Assembly (NCBI GenBank): GCA_022071965.1
Contig: JAJVIQ010000021.1
Coordinates: forward strand, 152,423-216,422
Reading direction: 5' to 3'
Length of the DNA stretch: 64,000 nucleotides
Origin: Gammaproteobacteria bacterium
Lineage (GTDB): Bacteria; Pseudomonadota; Gammaproteobacteria; JAJPIJ01
Under the pieces are notes generated by a model. The model searched no databases and had not been told where the DNA came from. It saw nothing but the letters and a program-made list of their open reading frames with translations. Position 1 is the first letter of the stretch; the number at the start of each line of letters is the position of its first letter. Below are positions 10,250 through 20,213 of the stretch, piece after piece. Made by a program: the position numbers and the translations under genes.

Positions 10250-11437
10250 ATGAACATCGGGCTGAAGATCGCGAGTGGTGCCTGCTCGCTGGTGGCCTGC
10301 GCGGCCGTACTCGCACAGGATCTCCCCGTGAACTGGCAGGGTCTGCCGGCGCCCTATGCCACCCCATCGGCACGCAATCCGCCGCAGATCGTCCCGCGCC
10401 CTGCGGGCGCGGCGCTCTCCCTGCCCGCCGGCTTCGCGATCGAGGAGTGGGCGACTGGTCTTGACGGCGGTCCGCGCGCGATGCTGCTCGGGCCGGCCGG
10501 TGAGGTGTTCGTCACGCAGATGGGCGGCGGCAGCGTCACCGTCATGCGCGACGGCGAGCGCAAGGACATGCTGCGGGGGCTGAACGGGCCATTCGGACTC
10601 GCGATGGACGGGAATGAGCTGTACGTGGCGGACATTGACGCAGTCAGGCGCTATCGCTACGATTCCGCGGGCATGAGCGCGAGCGAGGCGGAGGAGATCG
10701 TCGACCTTCGGGCCGTCCGCGGCGATCATGTCACCCGCCCGATTCTCCTGGATGCGGGGCGCCGGCATCTTTACGTCGGCATCGGTTCGGCCTCCAATGC
10801 CGATGCCGGCGAACCGCCCATGCGCGCGGCGATCAACCGCTATGACATCAACGGCGGCAGCCACAGGATCTTCGCCTCGGGGATCCGCAATGCCGTCGGG
10901 ATGGACTGGAACCCGGTGACCGGCGATCTCTGGGTGAGCTCGCAGGAGCGCGACGGCCTGGGTGATGACCTCGTGCCCGACTATTTCACGCGCGTGCGCG
11001 AGGGCGGGTTCTACGGGTGGCCGTACGCCTACATCGGCCCCCACGAAGACCCGCGCCGCATCGGCGAGGCACCGGGTCTCGTCGCGAGCACGCTGTACCC
11101 GGATGTGCTGCTGGGCGGACACGTCGGTGCGATGGACGTCATGTTCTATACGGGAAGCCGGTTCCCCGAGCGCTATCGCAACGGAGCGTTCATCGCCCTG
11201 CACGGCTCGTGGAACCGCGCAAAAAGGGCCGGTTACGAGGTCGTCTTCGTTCCGTTCGCGGACGGCCGCCCGCTGGCGGGGCCGGAAGACTTCGTGAGCG
11301 GCTGGATGCTCGGCGAGGATCGCCGGGAGGTCTGGGGTCGACCTGTCGGTCTGCTGCAGATGCAGGACGGCTCGCTGCTCATCTCTGACGACGGCGCCGG
11401 CACGATATGGCGAGTGACCTACAGCGGGCCGCGCTGA
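10250..11437 (+). CDS. PQQ-dependent sugar/sorbosone dehydrogenase family (SGDH beta-propeller) lipoprotein
   Basis: The lipoprotein signal is 'ASGACSLVAC'. Propeller motifs include 'GLNGPFGLAMDGNELYVAD', 'HGSWNRAKRAGYEVVFV' and 'DGSLLISDDGAGTIWRVTY'. Confidence 0.7.
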   Translation: MNIGLKIASGACSLVACAAVLAQDLPVNWQGLPAPYATPSARNPPQIVPRPAGAALSLPAGFAIEEWATGLDGGPRAMLLGPAGEVFVTQMGGGSVTVMRDGERKDMLRGLNGPFGLAMDGNELYVADIDAVRRYRYDSAGMSASEAEEIVDLRAVRGDHVTRPILLDAGRRHLYVGIGSASNADAGEPPMRAAINRYDINGGSHRIFASGIRNAVGMDWNPVTGDLWVSSQERDGLGDDLVPDYFTRVREGGFYGWPYAYIGPHEDPRRIGEAPGLVASTLYPDVLLGGHVGAMDVMFYTGSRFPERYRNGAFIALHGSWNRAKRAGYEVVFVPFADGRPLAGPEDFVSGWMLGEDRREVWGRPVGLLQMQDGSLLISDDGAGTIWRVTYSGPR

Positions 11438-11447
11438 GTCGCATCGC

Positions 11448-11891
11448 ATGACCGCGCCCGTGCTGCCTGAAGGCATACACATCGCCTCGAGCGATGCCGA
11501 CATACTCTCCTGCTTTCCCGTCATGCGGCAACTCCGGCCGCATCTGCTCGAATCGGAGTTTCTCGGCCGGGTGCGCCGGCAGATGGCGGCGGGCTATAGC
11601 ATGGCGTGGCTGGAGGCGGGCGGGCGGGTCGTGGCGGTCGCCGGCTATCGCTTCAACGAGACATTGTTTCTCGGCCGCTACCTGTACGTGGACGACCTGG
11701 TCACGGACGCGGAGTTGCGCTCGCACGGTCACGGGCGCCGCCTGTTCGCCTGGCTCGCCGATCTGGCCCGGCGCGAGCGGTGCAGCCATCTCGAGCTGGA
11801 TTCCGGGATGCAGCGCGTGGATGCGCACCGCTTCTATCTACGCGAGGGGATGCGCATCCGCTCGTATCATTTCTCCCTGCCGCTGCAATAG
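11448..11891 (+). CDS. GNAT family N-acetyltransferase
   Basis: The protein is 147 aa. The acetyl-CoA binding-like core reads 'RSHGHGRRLFAWLADLARRERCSHLELDSGMQRVDAHRFYLREGM'. Confidence 0.75.
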   Translation: MTAPVLPEGIHIASSDADILSCFPVMRQLRPHLLESEFLGRVRRQMAAGYSMAWLEAGGRVVAVAGYRFNETLFLGRYLYVDDLVTDAELRSHGHGRRLFAWLADLARRERCSHLELDSGMQRVDAHRFYLREGMRIRSYHFSLPLQ

Positions 11892-11923
11892 CGTGGCGCG
11901 GATACACGCAACGATAGACGACG

Positions 11924-12856
11924 ATGACGGCACTGATTTGCGGGTCCTTCGCATTCGACACCATCATGGTGTTCCAGGATCGGTTCAAACACCACATCCT
12001 CCCGGACAAGATCCACATTCTGAACGTCTCTTTCCTCGTGCCCGACATGCGGCGCGAGTTCGGCGGCTGCGCGGGCAACATCGCCTACAACCTGAAGCTG
12101 CTCGGCGGTGAGCCGTTGCCCATGGGCACGGTAGGGAGCGACTTCGCCCCCTATGCGCAGTGGCTGGACCAATGCGGGATCTCGCGTGCCCACATCAGGG
12201 AGATCCCGGGGACCTACACCGGGCAGGCGTTCATCACCACCGACCTGGACGACAACCAGATCACCGCATTCCATCCCGGGGCGATGAATCATGCGCACGA
12301 GAACAGGGTGAGCGACGCCCAGGGCGCGAAGATAGGCATCCTCGCACCTGACGGCAGGCAAGGCATGATCGACCATGCCAGGCAATTCGCCGAGGCCGGT
12401 ATACCGTTCATTTTCGACCCCGGCCAGGGGATGCCGATGTTCGATCGCGCGTTGTTGCGGCAGTTCACCGAGCAGGCCCGCTGGGTGACGGTGAACGATT
12501 ACGAGTGGCAGTTGATGCAGGAGAAGACGGGCTGGGGGGCGCGCGACGTGCTGGAGCGCGTGGAGGCGCTGATAATCACCCGCGGCGCGAGTGGCTCGCT
12601 CATCATGGCTGGCGGCGGCGAGATCGCCATCCCGGTGGCGATCCCGCGCGCGGTTCGGGACCCCACCGGGTGCGGGGATGCATACCGCGCCGGCCTGCTG
12701 TACGGCTTGCTCAACCAGATGGACTGGCAGACCACAGGGCGTATCGCCGCCCTCATGGGGGCGCTGAAGATCGAATCCGCCGGCACCCAGAATCATCGGT
12801 TCTCGGTCGAGGAGTTCAGGGTCAGGTATCGGGAAAGCTTCGGCCGCAGTTTCTGA
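11924..12856 (+). CDS. PfkB-family carbohydrate/nucleoside kinase
   Basis: The ribokinase-fold motif 'GGCAGNIAYNL' is present. The C-terminal anion-hole reads 'VRDPTGCGDAYRAGLLYGL'. Confidence 0.8.
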   Translation: MTALICGSFAFDTIMVFQDRFKHHILPDKIHILNVSFLVPDMRREFGGCAGNIAYNLKLLGGEPLPMGTVGSDFAPYAQWLDQCGISRAHIREIPGTYTGQAFITTDLDDNQITAFHPGAMNHAHENRVSDAQGAKIGILAPDGRQGMIDHARQFAEAGIPFIFDPGQGMPMFDRALLRQFTEQARWVTVNDYEWQLMQEKTGWGARDVLERVEALIITRGASGSLIMAGGGEIAIPVAIPRAVRDPTGCGDAYRAGLLYGLLNQMDWQTTGRIAALMGALKIESAGTQNHRFSVEEFRVRYRESFGRSF

Positions 12857-12924
12857 GTGCGCCAGGACTCGGTCACCGCCCGGCGCCAGCTTGTGACGGC
12901 GTTGGCGGGATTCTCCTCCATCCT

Positions 12925-12995
12925 CGGGTTACATTTACATGTATTACAGTGAATTATATTTTATAATTCATGTCGATTATCCAAATCTGGTGCCA
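12925..12995. promoter_or_regulatory. Sharply AT-rich element in the 284-bp pgaC upstream region (putative promoter or nucleoid-protein binding site)
   Basis: The sequence is 'ttacatttacatgtattacagtgaattatattttataattcatgtcgattatccaaatctgg'. It is about 25% GC in a ~67% GC genome. Confidence 0.35.
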
Positions 12996-13185
12996 AGGGT
13001 ATGGGAGAGAGCGGGCGCATTACGTGCAGACCGCGGAGGACCCTCGCGGAGCGTGTCCGGGCGGGCCTGCGCGGCCGGCATATGGTTGAACTGCCGGCAC
13101 CACCCGCACTCTCACCCCTTGCCCACGCACCGCCCGATCGATGCCCGCACTGGCCGCGCGCCGCCCGGGGCGGATAGGCCGCCGC

Positions 13186-14460
13186 ATGTCCGGACTCATT
13201 TTCGACTCGCTCCTGGATTTCACGCTTTACTACCCCCTGTTCATGGCCTATCTGTGGATGATCGGGGGGGTGTACTACTACTTTCACTGGGAGCGACGCG
13301 AGCCCAACCACGACTCGCCGCCGGAGCTTCCCGTCTATCCCAAGGTCGCCATCGTCGTTCCCTGTCACAACGAGGCGGCAAACATTCGCGAGACGGTCGA
13401 TTCGCTTCTGCAGCAGAGCTACCCGGACTTCGAGATCATCCTCGTCAACGACGGCAGCACCGACAATACCGCGGCCATCCTCGATGAGCTGGCCCGGACC
13501 CACGAGGCGGTGCGCGTGCTGCATTTCGCGGGCAACCAGGGCAAGGCCATGGCGTTGCGCATGGGATCGATGATCACGCCATGCGAGTTCGTGGTGACGA
13601 TCGACGGCGATGCCATCCTCGATCCGAGCGCGGTGACCTGGATCATGTATCACCTGGTGTCGGGGCCGCGCGTCGCGGCGGTGACCGGCAATCCGCGCAT
13701 ACGCACCCGCTCGACGCTGCTTGGCAGGATCCAGGTGGGCGAGTTCTCCTCGATCATCGGCCTGTTGAAGCGCTGCCAGCGCATCTATGGTCGCGTGTTC
13801 ACCGTCTCGGGCGTGATCAGCGGCTTTCGCAAGACAGCGCTGCACCGCGTCGGGTACTGGGATACGGACATGGTTACCGAGGACATCGACGTGAGCTGGA
13901 AGCTGCAGCTCGATCACTGGGACATTCGTTACGAGCCGAACTGCCTTTGCTGGATATTGATGCCCGAGACCCTGCAAGGCCTTTGGAGGCAGCGCCTGCG
14001 CTGGGCGGAGGGCGGCGTGGAGGTCCTTCTCAAGTACTTCAGACCGCTGCTGCGCTGGCGCAAGCGCCGGATGTGGTGCGTATACCTGGAGCTGCTGGCG
14101 AGCATGTTCTGGGCCTACGTGATGGCCTGCGTAATCGCCGTCTGGGGCGTGAGCAGGCTCCTTACCCTGCCGGAAGGCGTCCGGGTGCCGGAGATGATCC
14201 CGGGATGGGCCGGGGTGCTGCTCGGATTTACCTGCCTGCTGCAGTTCCTCGTCAGCCTCATGATAGACAGCCGCTACGAGAAGGAGATCGGGCGGTACTA
14301 CTACTGGATGGTGTGGTACCCGCTCGTATACTGGGTCATCAGCGCCGCCACCACGGTCGTCGCCGTGCCCCGGGTGCTAATCCGCGGCCGCGGCAGGCGC
14401 GCCGTGTGGACCAGCCCTGATCGCGGCATAAGGGCGGAGACGCTGGCGGGCACGTCATGA
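13186..14460 (+). CDS. pgaC: Poly-beta-1,6-N-acetyl-D-glucosamine synthase (GT2 family)
   Basis: GT2 motifs are present: 'VAIVVPCHNEAANI', 'ILVNDGSTDNT', 'TIDGDAIL' and 'QRLRWAEGG'. The internal Met 'MSGLIFD' was chosen over an Arg-rich 15-aa extension. Confidence 0.85.
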   Translation: MSGLIFDSLLDFTLYYPLFMAYLWMIGGVYYYFHWERREPNHDSPPELPVYPKVAIVVPCHNEAANIRETVDSLLQQSYPDFEIILVNDGSTDNTAAILDELARTHEAVRVLHFAGNQGKAMALRMGSMITPCEFVVTIDGDAILDPSAVTWIMYHLVSGPRVAAVTGNPRIRTRSTLLGRIQVGEFSSIIGLLKRCQRIYGRVFTVSGVISGFRKTALHRVGYWDTDMVTEDIDVSWKLQLDHWDIRYEPNCLCWILMPETLQGLWRQRLRWAEGGVEVLLKYFRPLLRWRKRRMWCVYLELLASMFWAYVMACVIAVWGVSRLLTLPEGVRVPEMIPGWAGVLLGFTCLLQFLVSLMIDSRYEKEIGRYYYWMVWYPLVYWVISAATTVVAVPRVLIRGRGRRAVWTSPDRGIRAETLAGTS

Positions 14461-15005
14461 ACGAACTGGTCATCGACCGGCCCGATCTGCAGTCGCTGCG
14501 CCAGCGGTATGGATACGGCATGGCGACACTGGTCCTCTGGCTCGCTTACATCTACCTCTGGATGCCCCTGGCCACGCTCGGCGCGTGGGGTCTGGAATTC
14601 GGTTTCGTACGCCGGCAGCTGGCCACGCTGCAAAATATCGAGGGCGTATATCGCCTGCTGGCCGTCTATGCCGTCGTGATAGTTGCCACCGGGATGGTAC
14701 TCATCGGCTGGGCGCGCTTCAATCTCGAGAGGTTCCGGGGCATGGATCGGCGCAAGATGCCCCTGCCCGTTACGACCCGCGAGGTCGCGAACGCGTATCA
14801 CATCTCCCCGTCGGTGCTCTCGTTCTGGTACCTTTCCAAGTCCGTCACGATGCATCATGCCGCGAACGGCCAGGTGCTCGCTCCGCCGGACACGGATCAT
14901 GCGATCCTGGAGGTGGCGCGCCTGTTCCGGACGGTGCCGCCGTCCAACGATGCGCCGGTGCCGGCCGACGACCGCGGTGGGCGGGTCGCCCCCCGCAGCG
15001 GCTGA
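14457..15005 (+). CDS. pgaD: PNAG biosynthesis protein PgaD-like (2-TM partner of PgaC)
   Basis: An ATGA start/stop overlap couples it to pgaC. There are two predicted N-terminal TM helices ('ATLVLWLAYIYLWMPLATL' and 'LLAVYAVVIVATGMVLIGWA'). Its size and position are typical of PgaD. Confidence 0.6.
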   Translation: MNELVIDRPDLQSLRQRYGYGMATLVLWLAYIYLWMPLATLGAWGLEFGFVRRQLATLQNIEGVYRLLAVYAVVIVATGMVLIGWARFNLERFRGMDRRKMPLPVTTREVANAYHISPSVLSFWYLSKSVTMHHAANGQVLAPPDTDHAILEVARLFRTVPPSNDAPVPADDRGGRVAPRSG

Positions 15006-15006
15006 A

Positions 15007-17091
15007 TCAGCGCACCAACGCTGCGGCGAGCTCGGCCAGGGAATGCACGGGCAGCCGGCATTCCACGCCCGTGCAGAGGTAGGCAACAGCGCGTCCCTGG
15101 GAAGTGCGGGCGGCCAGCAGGCCATCGAGGCGCGCGTCCCCGGGAATGGCGTAGACCATTCGAGAGGGGTGAAATTCCTGTTGCGCGGTCTGGCGCCAGA
15201 GCGCGAGTGTGTCGGCGTCTTCCGCCCGAATGATCACGATCTCAGGCGGCTGCAGCCATTCCTCCAGGGCGCTCAGCATGGTGAGGTGGGCGGAAGGCTG
15301 ATCGCGCATGGCCGTGCCCGCCGCCCGCAGCGCCCGTTCCGAGGCCGTCAGATAACGGGGCTCGCCGAGCAGGTGGCCCAGCCGCGCGAGGCCGCGGGCC
15401 GCGCTCCCGTTGCCGGCCGGCAGCGCGTCATCGGCAAAGCTTTTCACGCGCTGGATGAGCTGCTCGTGGGAGTGTGAGGTGAAATAGAAGCCGCCGGCGG
15501 CGCCGTCCTCGAACTGATCCAGCAGCGTGTCGGCCAGCCGTCTGGCGAACACCAGATCCTGATCGCGCCAGCTCGATTCCAGCAGGTCGAGGCAGGCCTC
15601 GAGCAGGAACGCGTAGTCGTCCAGGTAAGCGTCGTGCCTGGCCTGGCCGGCGCGGAAGCTCGCCTGCAACCGTTCGCCGTCCCACATGCGGGCGCGGATG
15701 AAATCCAGCGCCCGGCGCGCGCTCTCGAGCATGTCCGCACGCTGCATGACACGACCGGCGATCGCCATGCCCCTGGCCATCAGGGCGTTCCACGAAGCGA
15801 GTATCTTGTCGTCCAGGCCCGGCGGTACGCGCCGCGCGCGCACCGCCAGCAGCCTGCGGCGCGCCACGTCGACGATCTCCCGAGCCGCCTCCAGGGAGAG
15901 CCCGCGGGCCGCGGCGGCCTGCGCCAGCGGAACGGCGATGCGCAAGTGCCATCGTCCCTCGAAATTGGGCGCACCGTCGAGGCCATAGTGCGTGGCGAAC
16001 ACGGCGTACTCGCGATCGCTCAGGTGTTCCCGCACCTCCTCGGGCGTCCAGACGTAGTACTTGCCTTCCTCGCCCTCGGAATCGGCATCGAGCGACGAGA
16101 AATAGCCGCCTTCCCGCGACTGCATATCGCGCATCGCCCATTCCGCGGTCTCGATCGCCGTGCGCCGGAAGTCCTCGCCTCCGCCAATCTGCCAGGCCTG
16201 CGCGTACAGTCCGAGCAGCGGGCCGTTGTCGCAAAGCATCTTCTCGAAATGCGGAATCATCCACTCGGCGTCCACCGAGTACCGCGCGAATCCTCCGGCA
16301 AGATGATCGAAGAGGCCGCCCATGGCCATGTGGCGCAGCGTCAGCGCGGCCATGTGCAGCGCGTTCTCGTCCGCGGCGCCAGCGCGACGGGTGGCGGCGA
16401 AGTGGCGCAGCAATCGCTCGAGTATCGGGGTATGGGGAAACTTTGGTGCGCGACCGAACCCGCCGCGCTCCGGATCGAATGCCTGCTTGATCTCGGCAAT
16501 CGCCGTCAGCAAGGCGGCGGAATCGGCAGCCGCCGTCGGCTCCGCGTTTGCCGGACCCGCGAGCCGCCCGAGCGCATCGCGCACGCTCACATTCTGCCGG
16601 CGGATGTCGGGAAGCCGCTCGCGATATATCCGTGCGACGTGTCGAAGCAGATCCTTGAAGGCCGGCATCCCCCAGCGGGATTCGCGCGGGAAATAGGTCC
16701 CCCCGGCGAATGGCACGTGATCGTCGTGGGTGAGGAACATCGTCAACGGCCAGCCGCCGCTGCGCTGGTTCAGGAGGTATTGCGCGGTCTGGTAGATCTT
16801 GTCGAGATCGGGGCGTTCCTCGCGATCCACCTTGACGTTCACGAACAATTCGTTCATGAGCGCGGCAGTCTCGGGATCCTCGAACGACTCGTGCGCCATG
16901 ACGTGACACCAATGGCAGGCGGAGTATCCGATCGACAGCAGTATCGGCTTGCCCGTGCTGCGCGCGAGTTCCGTCGCCTCGACGCCCCATGGATACCACT
17001 GCACGGGGTTGCCCGCGTGTTGCAGGAGGTAGGGACTGGTTTCAGACGCGAGCGCGTTGCGCGCCGGGTCGCCGCTTGTGCCGCCGCTCAT
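15007..17091 (-). CDS. Thioredoxin-domain protein of the YyaL/DUF255 family (N-acyl-glucosamine-2-epimerase-like C-terminal domain)
   Basis: The N-terminus reads '[56 protein letters not shown]...[14 protein letters not shown]' and contains a CHWC thioredoxin motif. Confidence 0.8.
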   Translation of the reverse strand: MSGGTSGDPARNALASETSPYLLQHAGNPVQWYPWGVEATELARSTGKPILLSIGYSACHWCHVMAHESFEDPETAALMNELFVNVKVDREERPDLDKIYQTAQYLLNQRSGGWPLTMFLTHDDHVPFAGGTYFPRESRWGMPAFKDLLRHVARIYRERLPDIRRQNVSVRDALGRLAGPANAEPTAAADSAALLTAIAEIKQAFDPERGGFGRAPKFPHTPILERLLRHFAATRRAGAADENALHMAALTLRHMAMGGLFDHLAGGFARYSVDAEWMIPHFEKMLCDNGPLLGLYAQAWQIGGGEDFRRTAIETAEWAMRDMQSREGGYFSSLDADSEGEEGKYYVWTPEEVREHLSDREYAVFATHYGLDGAPNFEGRWHLRIAVPLAQAAAARGLSLEAAREIVDVARRRLLAVRARRVPPGLDDKILASWNALMARGMAIAGRVMQRADMLESARRALDFIRARMWDGERLQASFRAGQARHDAYLDDYAFLLEACLDLLESSWRDQDLVFARRLADTLLDQFEDGAAGGFYFTSHSHEQLIQRVKSFADDALPAGNGSAARGLARLGHLLGEPRYLTASERALRAAGTAMRDQPSAHLTMLSALEEWLQPPEIVIIRAEDADTLALWRQTAQQEFHPSRMVYAIPGDARLDGLLAARTSQGRAVAYLCTGVECRLPVHSLAELAAALVR

Positions 17092-17137
17092 CGCGCTGCG
17101 CGGAGTATCGCTCGACGCGGCCTCGGCGCCACTGGAG

Positions 17138-18700
17138 TTATCCGGCGTCCTCGATGACGGTCATATCGCCCTGCGCCACGGTCAGGCCGGTCCCGAGCAT
17201 CTCGGCGAAGCTCTCTTGCGCGGCGTGGATCTCATCGATCTGCTGCTTCAGGCTGGAGGCCATGGTGAGCAGGCGCTCGTAGGCCTTGCGCAAGGTCTGC
17301 TCCTTGCGTGTGACCATGAGCTGGTAGCGGGTCTCGATCTCCACGGTGCGCCGCCGCAATTCCTCCTGCACGGCATGTTCGAACAGCCGCTGCTGGGCGG
17401 CCAATTCGAGGTCCACGCGCTGCTTGAGGGCCACGACCTGCACATCGATCTCCTGATGGATGCGCTCGGCGATCGGCGCCAGCGCGCCAAATGCCGCTGG
17501 CGATGGCGGAGCGGAAGGCGCGGGTTCCACGTTGATGCTGGGTGTGGGGCTCATTTCCGGGACGGCCTCCGTTGTGGCGCTGGGTTGAGTCTGCTCGGAC
17601 GCGGCGGCGGGACGGGCCTGCGCCTCGGCGGCCGGCGGCGGGATTTCAGCAGGGGTCACGGCCGCCACCTCCGTCAGATAGCGACCGTCCAGACCGGCAT
17701 CCAGCAGGATGAACACCCCCGCGCGGCTGGTGGCGGCGTTTTCGGAGGTGACGATATACGGCATCTGGCGCGGCAGTCGATCCAGACGGATACGCAATTC
17801 GTTCAGAGGGATGTGCAGCGCATGGTCGCCCTTGATATCGGCCGCCAGGTGTGCGGGGCGCACGTCGAGCCACCGCGCGCGCTGCGATCGGACCAGCTCT
17901 CCGGCCTGCCGAAGCGGAATGGCCTGGATCACCGGCTCGGCAATCAGGCGCAGGAAATCCTCGCGCGTGATCCGCACCAGAGAGCTGTTGGTCAGCGCGC
18001 GCACGCTCACGTCCAGCGGCCGCTCCGTCAGCAGCGCTTCGGCACCGAAGCAGTCGCCGGGGCGCAGCTCCGCCAGGGCGATCCTGGCGGTTCCGTCCGG
18101 CGCCGTGCGGGACATTGCCAGTTCGCCATCCTGGACGACGTAGAGATGATTGGGCTGACTGCCCTCGGCGACCACAATCTCGCCCGCCGCGATGTGCACG
18201 GTGGCTCCGTGCTCGAACAGCAGCATCAGGTTGCTCGGCGGCAGGCGCGCGAAGATGGGGGCCCGCGCGATGCGCGTCATCCAGTTGCCCGGATCGTCAT
18301 GGGTCGCCTCGGCGCTTCCGGAACCGGGCTCGGACTGCAGTGCCGCGAGCGAGGTGAGCTTTTCCAGCAGGGAACGCTTGACCTGCAATACGGTGGCGGC
18401 GCCGACCGCGCGCGCCGAGTAGCGCCTCGGCTGCGAGGGGTCCAGAGCGCGCCGCGCCTCCGGCGAGGTGCTGTGCACCTCCTGCACGCTGGCGTCGTTT
18501 CCGATCAGCAGCACCATGCCGTCGATGAGGTAGAGCTGCGCGTCATCGGTATCGCCGGCGCTGAACAGCACCTGCCCGTCGGCGCAACGCTGCACGCGGG
18601 CCTGGCTCAGGAGCTGCACCTGGTAGGGAGGGGGCAGGCGCTCTATGTCAGGCAGCCTGCGGAAATCTATTCCCCCGCCGGTGCCCCGGCTCGTCTCCAT
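17138..18700 (-). CDS. Protein with tandem cyclic-nucleotide-binding domains, a rhodanese-like domain lacking the catalytic Cys, a Pro/Ala-rich linker and a coiled-coil tail
   Basis: It is a paralog of 43314..44375. cNMP-domain motifs include '[14 protein letters not shown]'. The rhodanese loop reads '[14 protein letters not shown]' with no Cys. The C-terminal ~140 aa are heptad-like. Start METSRG has SD GGAGGAG; the ORF-track start at 18865 is an upstream extension. Confidence 0.75.
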   Translation of the reverse strand: METSRGTGGGIDFRRLPDIERLPPPYQVQLLSQARVQRCADGQVLFSAGDTDDAQLYLIDGMVLLIGNDASVQEVHSTSPEARRALDPSQPRRYSARAVGAATVLQVKRSLLEKLTSLAALQSEPGSGSAEATHDDPGNWMTRIARAPIFARLPPSNLMLLFEHGATVHIAAGEIVVAEGSQPNHLYVVQDGELAMSRTAPDGTARIALAELRPGDCFGAEALLTERPLDVSVRALTNSSLVRITREDFLRLIAEPVIQAIPLRQAGELVRSQRARWLDVRPAHLAADIKGDHALHIPLNELRIRLDRLPRQMPYIVTSENAATSRAGVFILLDAGLDGRYLTEVAAVTPAEIPPPAAEAQARPAAASEQTQPSATTEAVPEMSPTPSINVEPAPSAPPSPAAFGALAPIAERIHQEIDVQVVALKQRVDLELAAQQRLFEHAVQEELRRRTVEIETRYQLMVTRKEQTLRKAYERLLTMASSLKQQIDEIHAAQESFAEMLGTGLTVAQGDMTVIEDAG

Positions 18701-19104
18701 TGTTATTCTCCTCCGCGCGTAGAGTGTTGCTCGACCTGGCGGGGCGTCCGGCGCCAGGGAGGGGGGCGCGTTCGTTGCCAAGATTCGCAAGGATGCGCCC
18801 GAAAAGCGATTGAATGAGATAATAACCAATGTGATCGAGTAGGCAAAAGCCAGTGTCAAAAACATGGCGGATCATCTGCCCGGCAATTCCCGGCGCGAGC
18901 CGTGATCAGATCCCGCACCGCAACTCGCGGGAGAGCGGTTTCCCCCGTGCATTCAAGCTTTGGTCATGTCAATGCGCTATCTGCGCCGCCCGGATGCGAA
19001 TCGTCCGTCATGCCGTGAACGACTGAGGTTCAGAGGACAGGCCCCTTGCCGTCCACGCCCGGAGCAGCGGACGCAGGTTTCCGCAATGGGATGAATGCGA
19101 ACGC

Positions 19105-19388
19105 GTGATCGGGTCTCTCGGGCAGCCGACTCGTGTGGGGATCATCGGTGCCGGCCATGGCGGGCAGGCGCTGCTCACGGCGTTTTCCGGAATGCCCGGC
19201 GTGCAGATCATCGGAATCTTCGGCAGCAATCCCGAGGCGCCGGGATTGCAGCAGGCCGCCGCGATGGGGGTGCCCGTCTTCGCGACCGCCTGCCGCGGCC
19301 CGGTCGGCCCGACCGGGTGATCAACGTCTCCAATGCCTCCATCGAGCAGCGCTTCCAGCATAGCCGGCAGCCCGGCGCCCCGGCCTGA
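19105..19388 (+). pseudogene. Remnant (5' fragment, frameshifted) of an NAD(P)-binding oxidoreductase gene (Gfo/Idh/MocA-like)
   Basis: The fragment reads 'TRVGIIGAGHGGQALLTAFSGMPGVQIIGIFGSNPEAPGLQQAAAMGVPVFATAC' and is a Rossmann N-terminus. It stops after 71 aa. The reading continues in another frame as '..VINVSNASIEQRFQ', then terminates 27 nt before lgt. Confidence 0.35.
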
Positions 19389-19415
19389 CCGGCCTGTTAC
19401 AATGCCGGGGAGGCC

Positions 19416-20213
19416 ATGCTTCCCTTCCCGAACATCGATCCCGTCGCCTTTCACATCGGCCCGCTGGCCGTGAGGTGGTACGGGATCTCCTATCTGGTGG
19501 GCATCACGCTGGGCTGGTGGCTCATGCGGCGCCGGGCCCGTGCGCCGGATGCGGGTTGGACGGTCGCGGAGGTCGGGGATTTCATTTTCTACCTTGCGCT
19601 GGGCGCCGTGCTGGGCGGCCGTATCGGCTACATACTCTTCTACAATTTTGATGTCTACCTGCGGGACCCGCTGGCAATCTTCCGGGTCTGGCAAGGAGGC
19701 ATGTCCTTCCACGGCGGTCTGATCGGTCTGTTCATCGCGAGCGGTTGGTGGGCGCGCAAGACCCGGCGCGGATTTCTGCAGGTGTGCGACTTCGTCGTGC
19801 CCGCCGGCCCGCCCGGACTTTTCTTCGGGCGGCTGGCGAACTTCATCAACGGCGAACTCTGGGGCGCTCCCACGCAACTGCCGTGGGGTGTCGTCTTTCC
19901 CAACGGCGGGCCGATGCCGCGCCATCCCTCGCAGCTCTACGAGGCGGCCCTCGAGGGCGTCGTGCTGTTCGCGATGATCTGGTGGTATTCAGGCCGTCCC
20001 CGCCCCCGGGGTTCCGTGACCGGCCTGTTCCTCATCGGCTACGGGGCCGCGCGCTCCCTGGTGGAGTTCGTCCGCGAGCCCGACGCGCAGATCGGCTACC
20101 TCGCCGGCAACTGGCTCACGATGGGGCAGGTCCTCTCGGTGCCGATGATCGCGCTGGGGATATGGCTGATGCTGCGCGGGAGTCGATATGGACCGCGCGG
20201 AGCGAGCCGGTGA
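19416..20213 (+). CDS. lgt: Prolipoprotein diacylglyceryl transferase
   Basis: The N-terminus reads '[27 protein letters not shown]...FHGGLIGLF...[13 protein letters not shown]'. Confidence 0.9.
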   Translation: MLPFPNIDPVAFHIGPLAVRWYGISYLVGITLGWWLMRRRARAPDAGWTVAEVGDFIFYLALGAVLGGRIGYILFYNFDVYLRDPLAIFRVWQGGMSFHGGLIGLFIASGWWARKTRRGFLQVCDFVVPAGPPGLFFGRLANFINGELWGAPTQLPWGVVFPNGGPMPRHPSQLYEAALEGVVLFAMIWWYSGRPRPRGSVTGLFLIGYGAARSLVEFVREPDAQIGYLAGNWLTMGQVLSVPMIALGIWLMLRGSRYGPRGASR

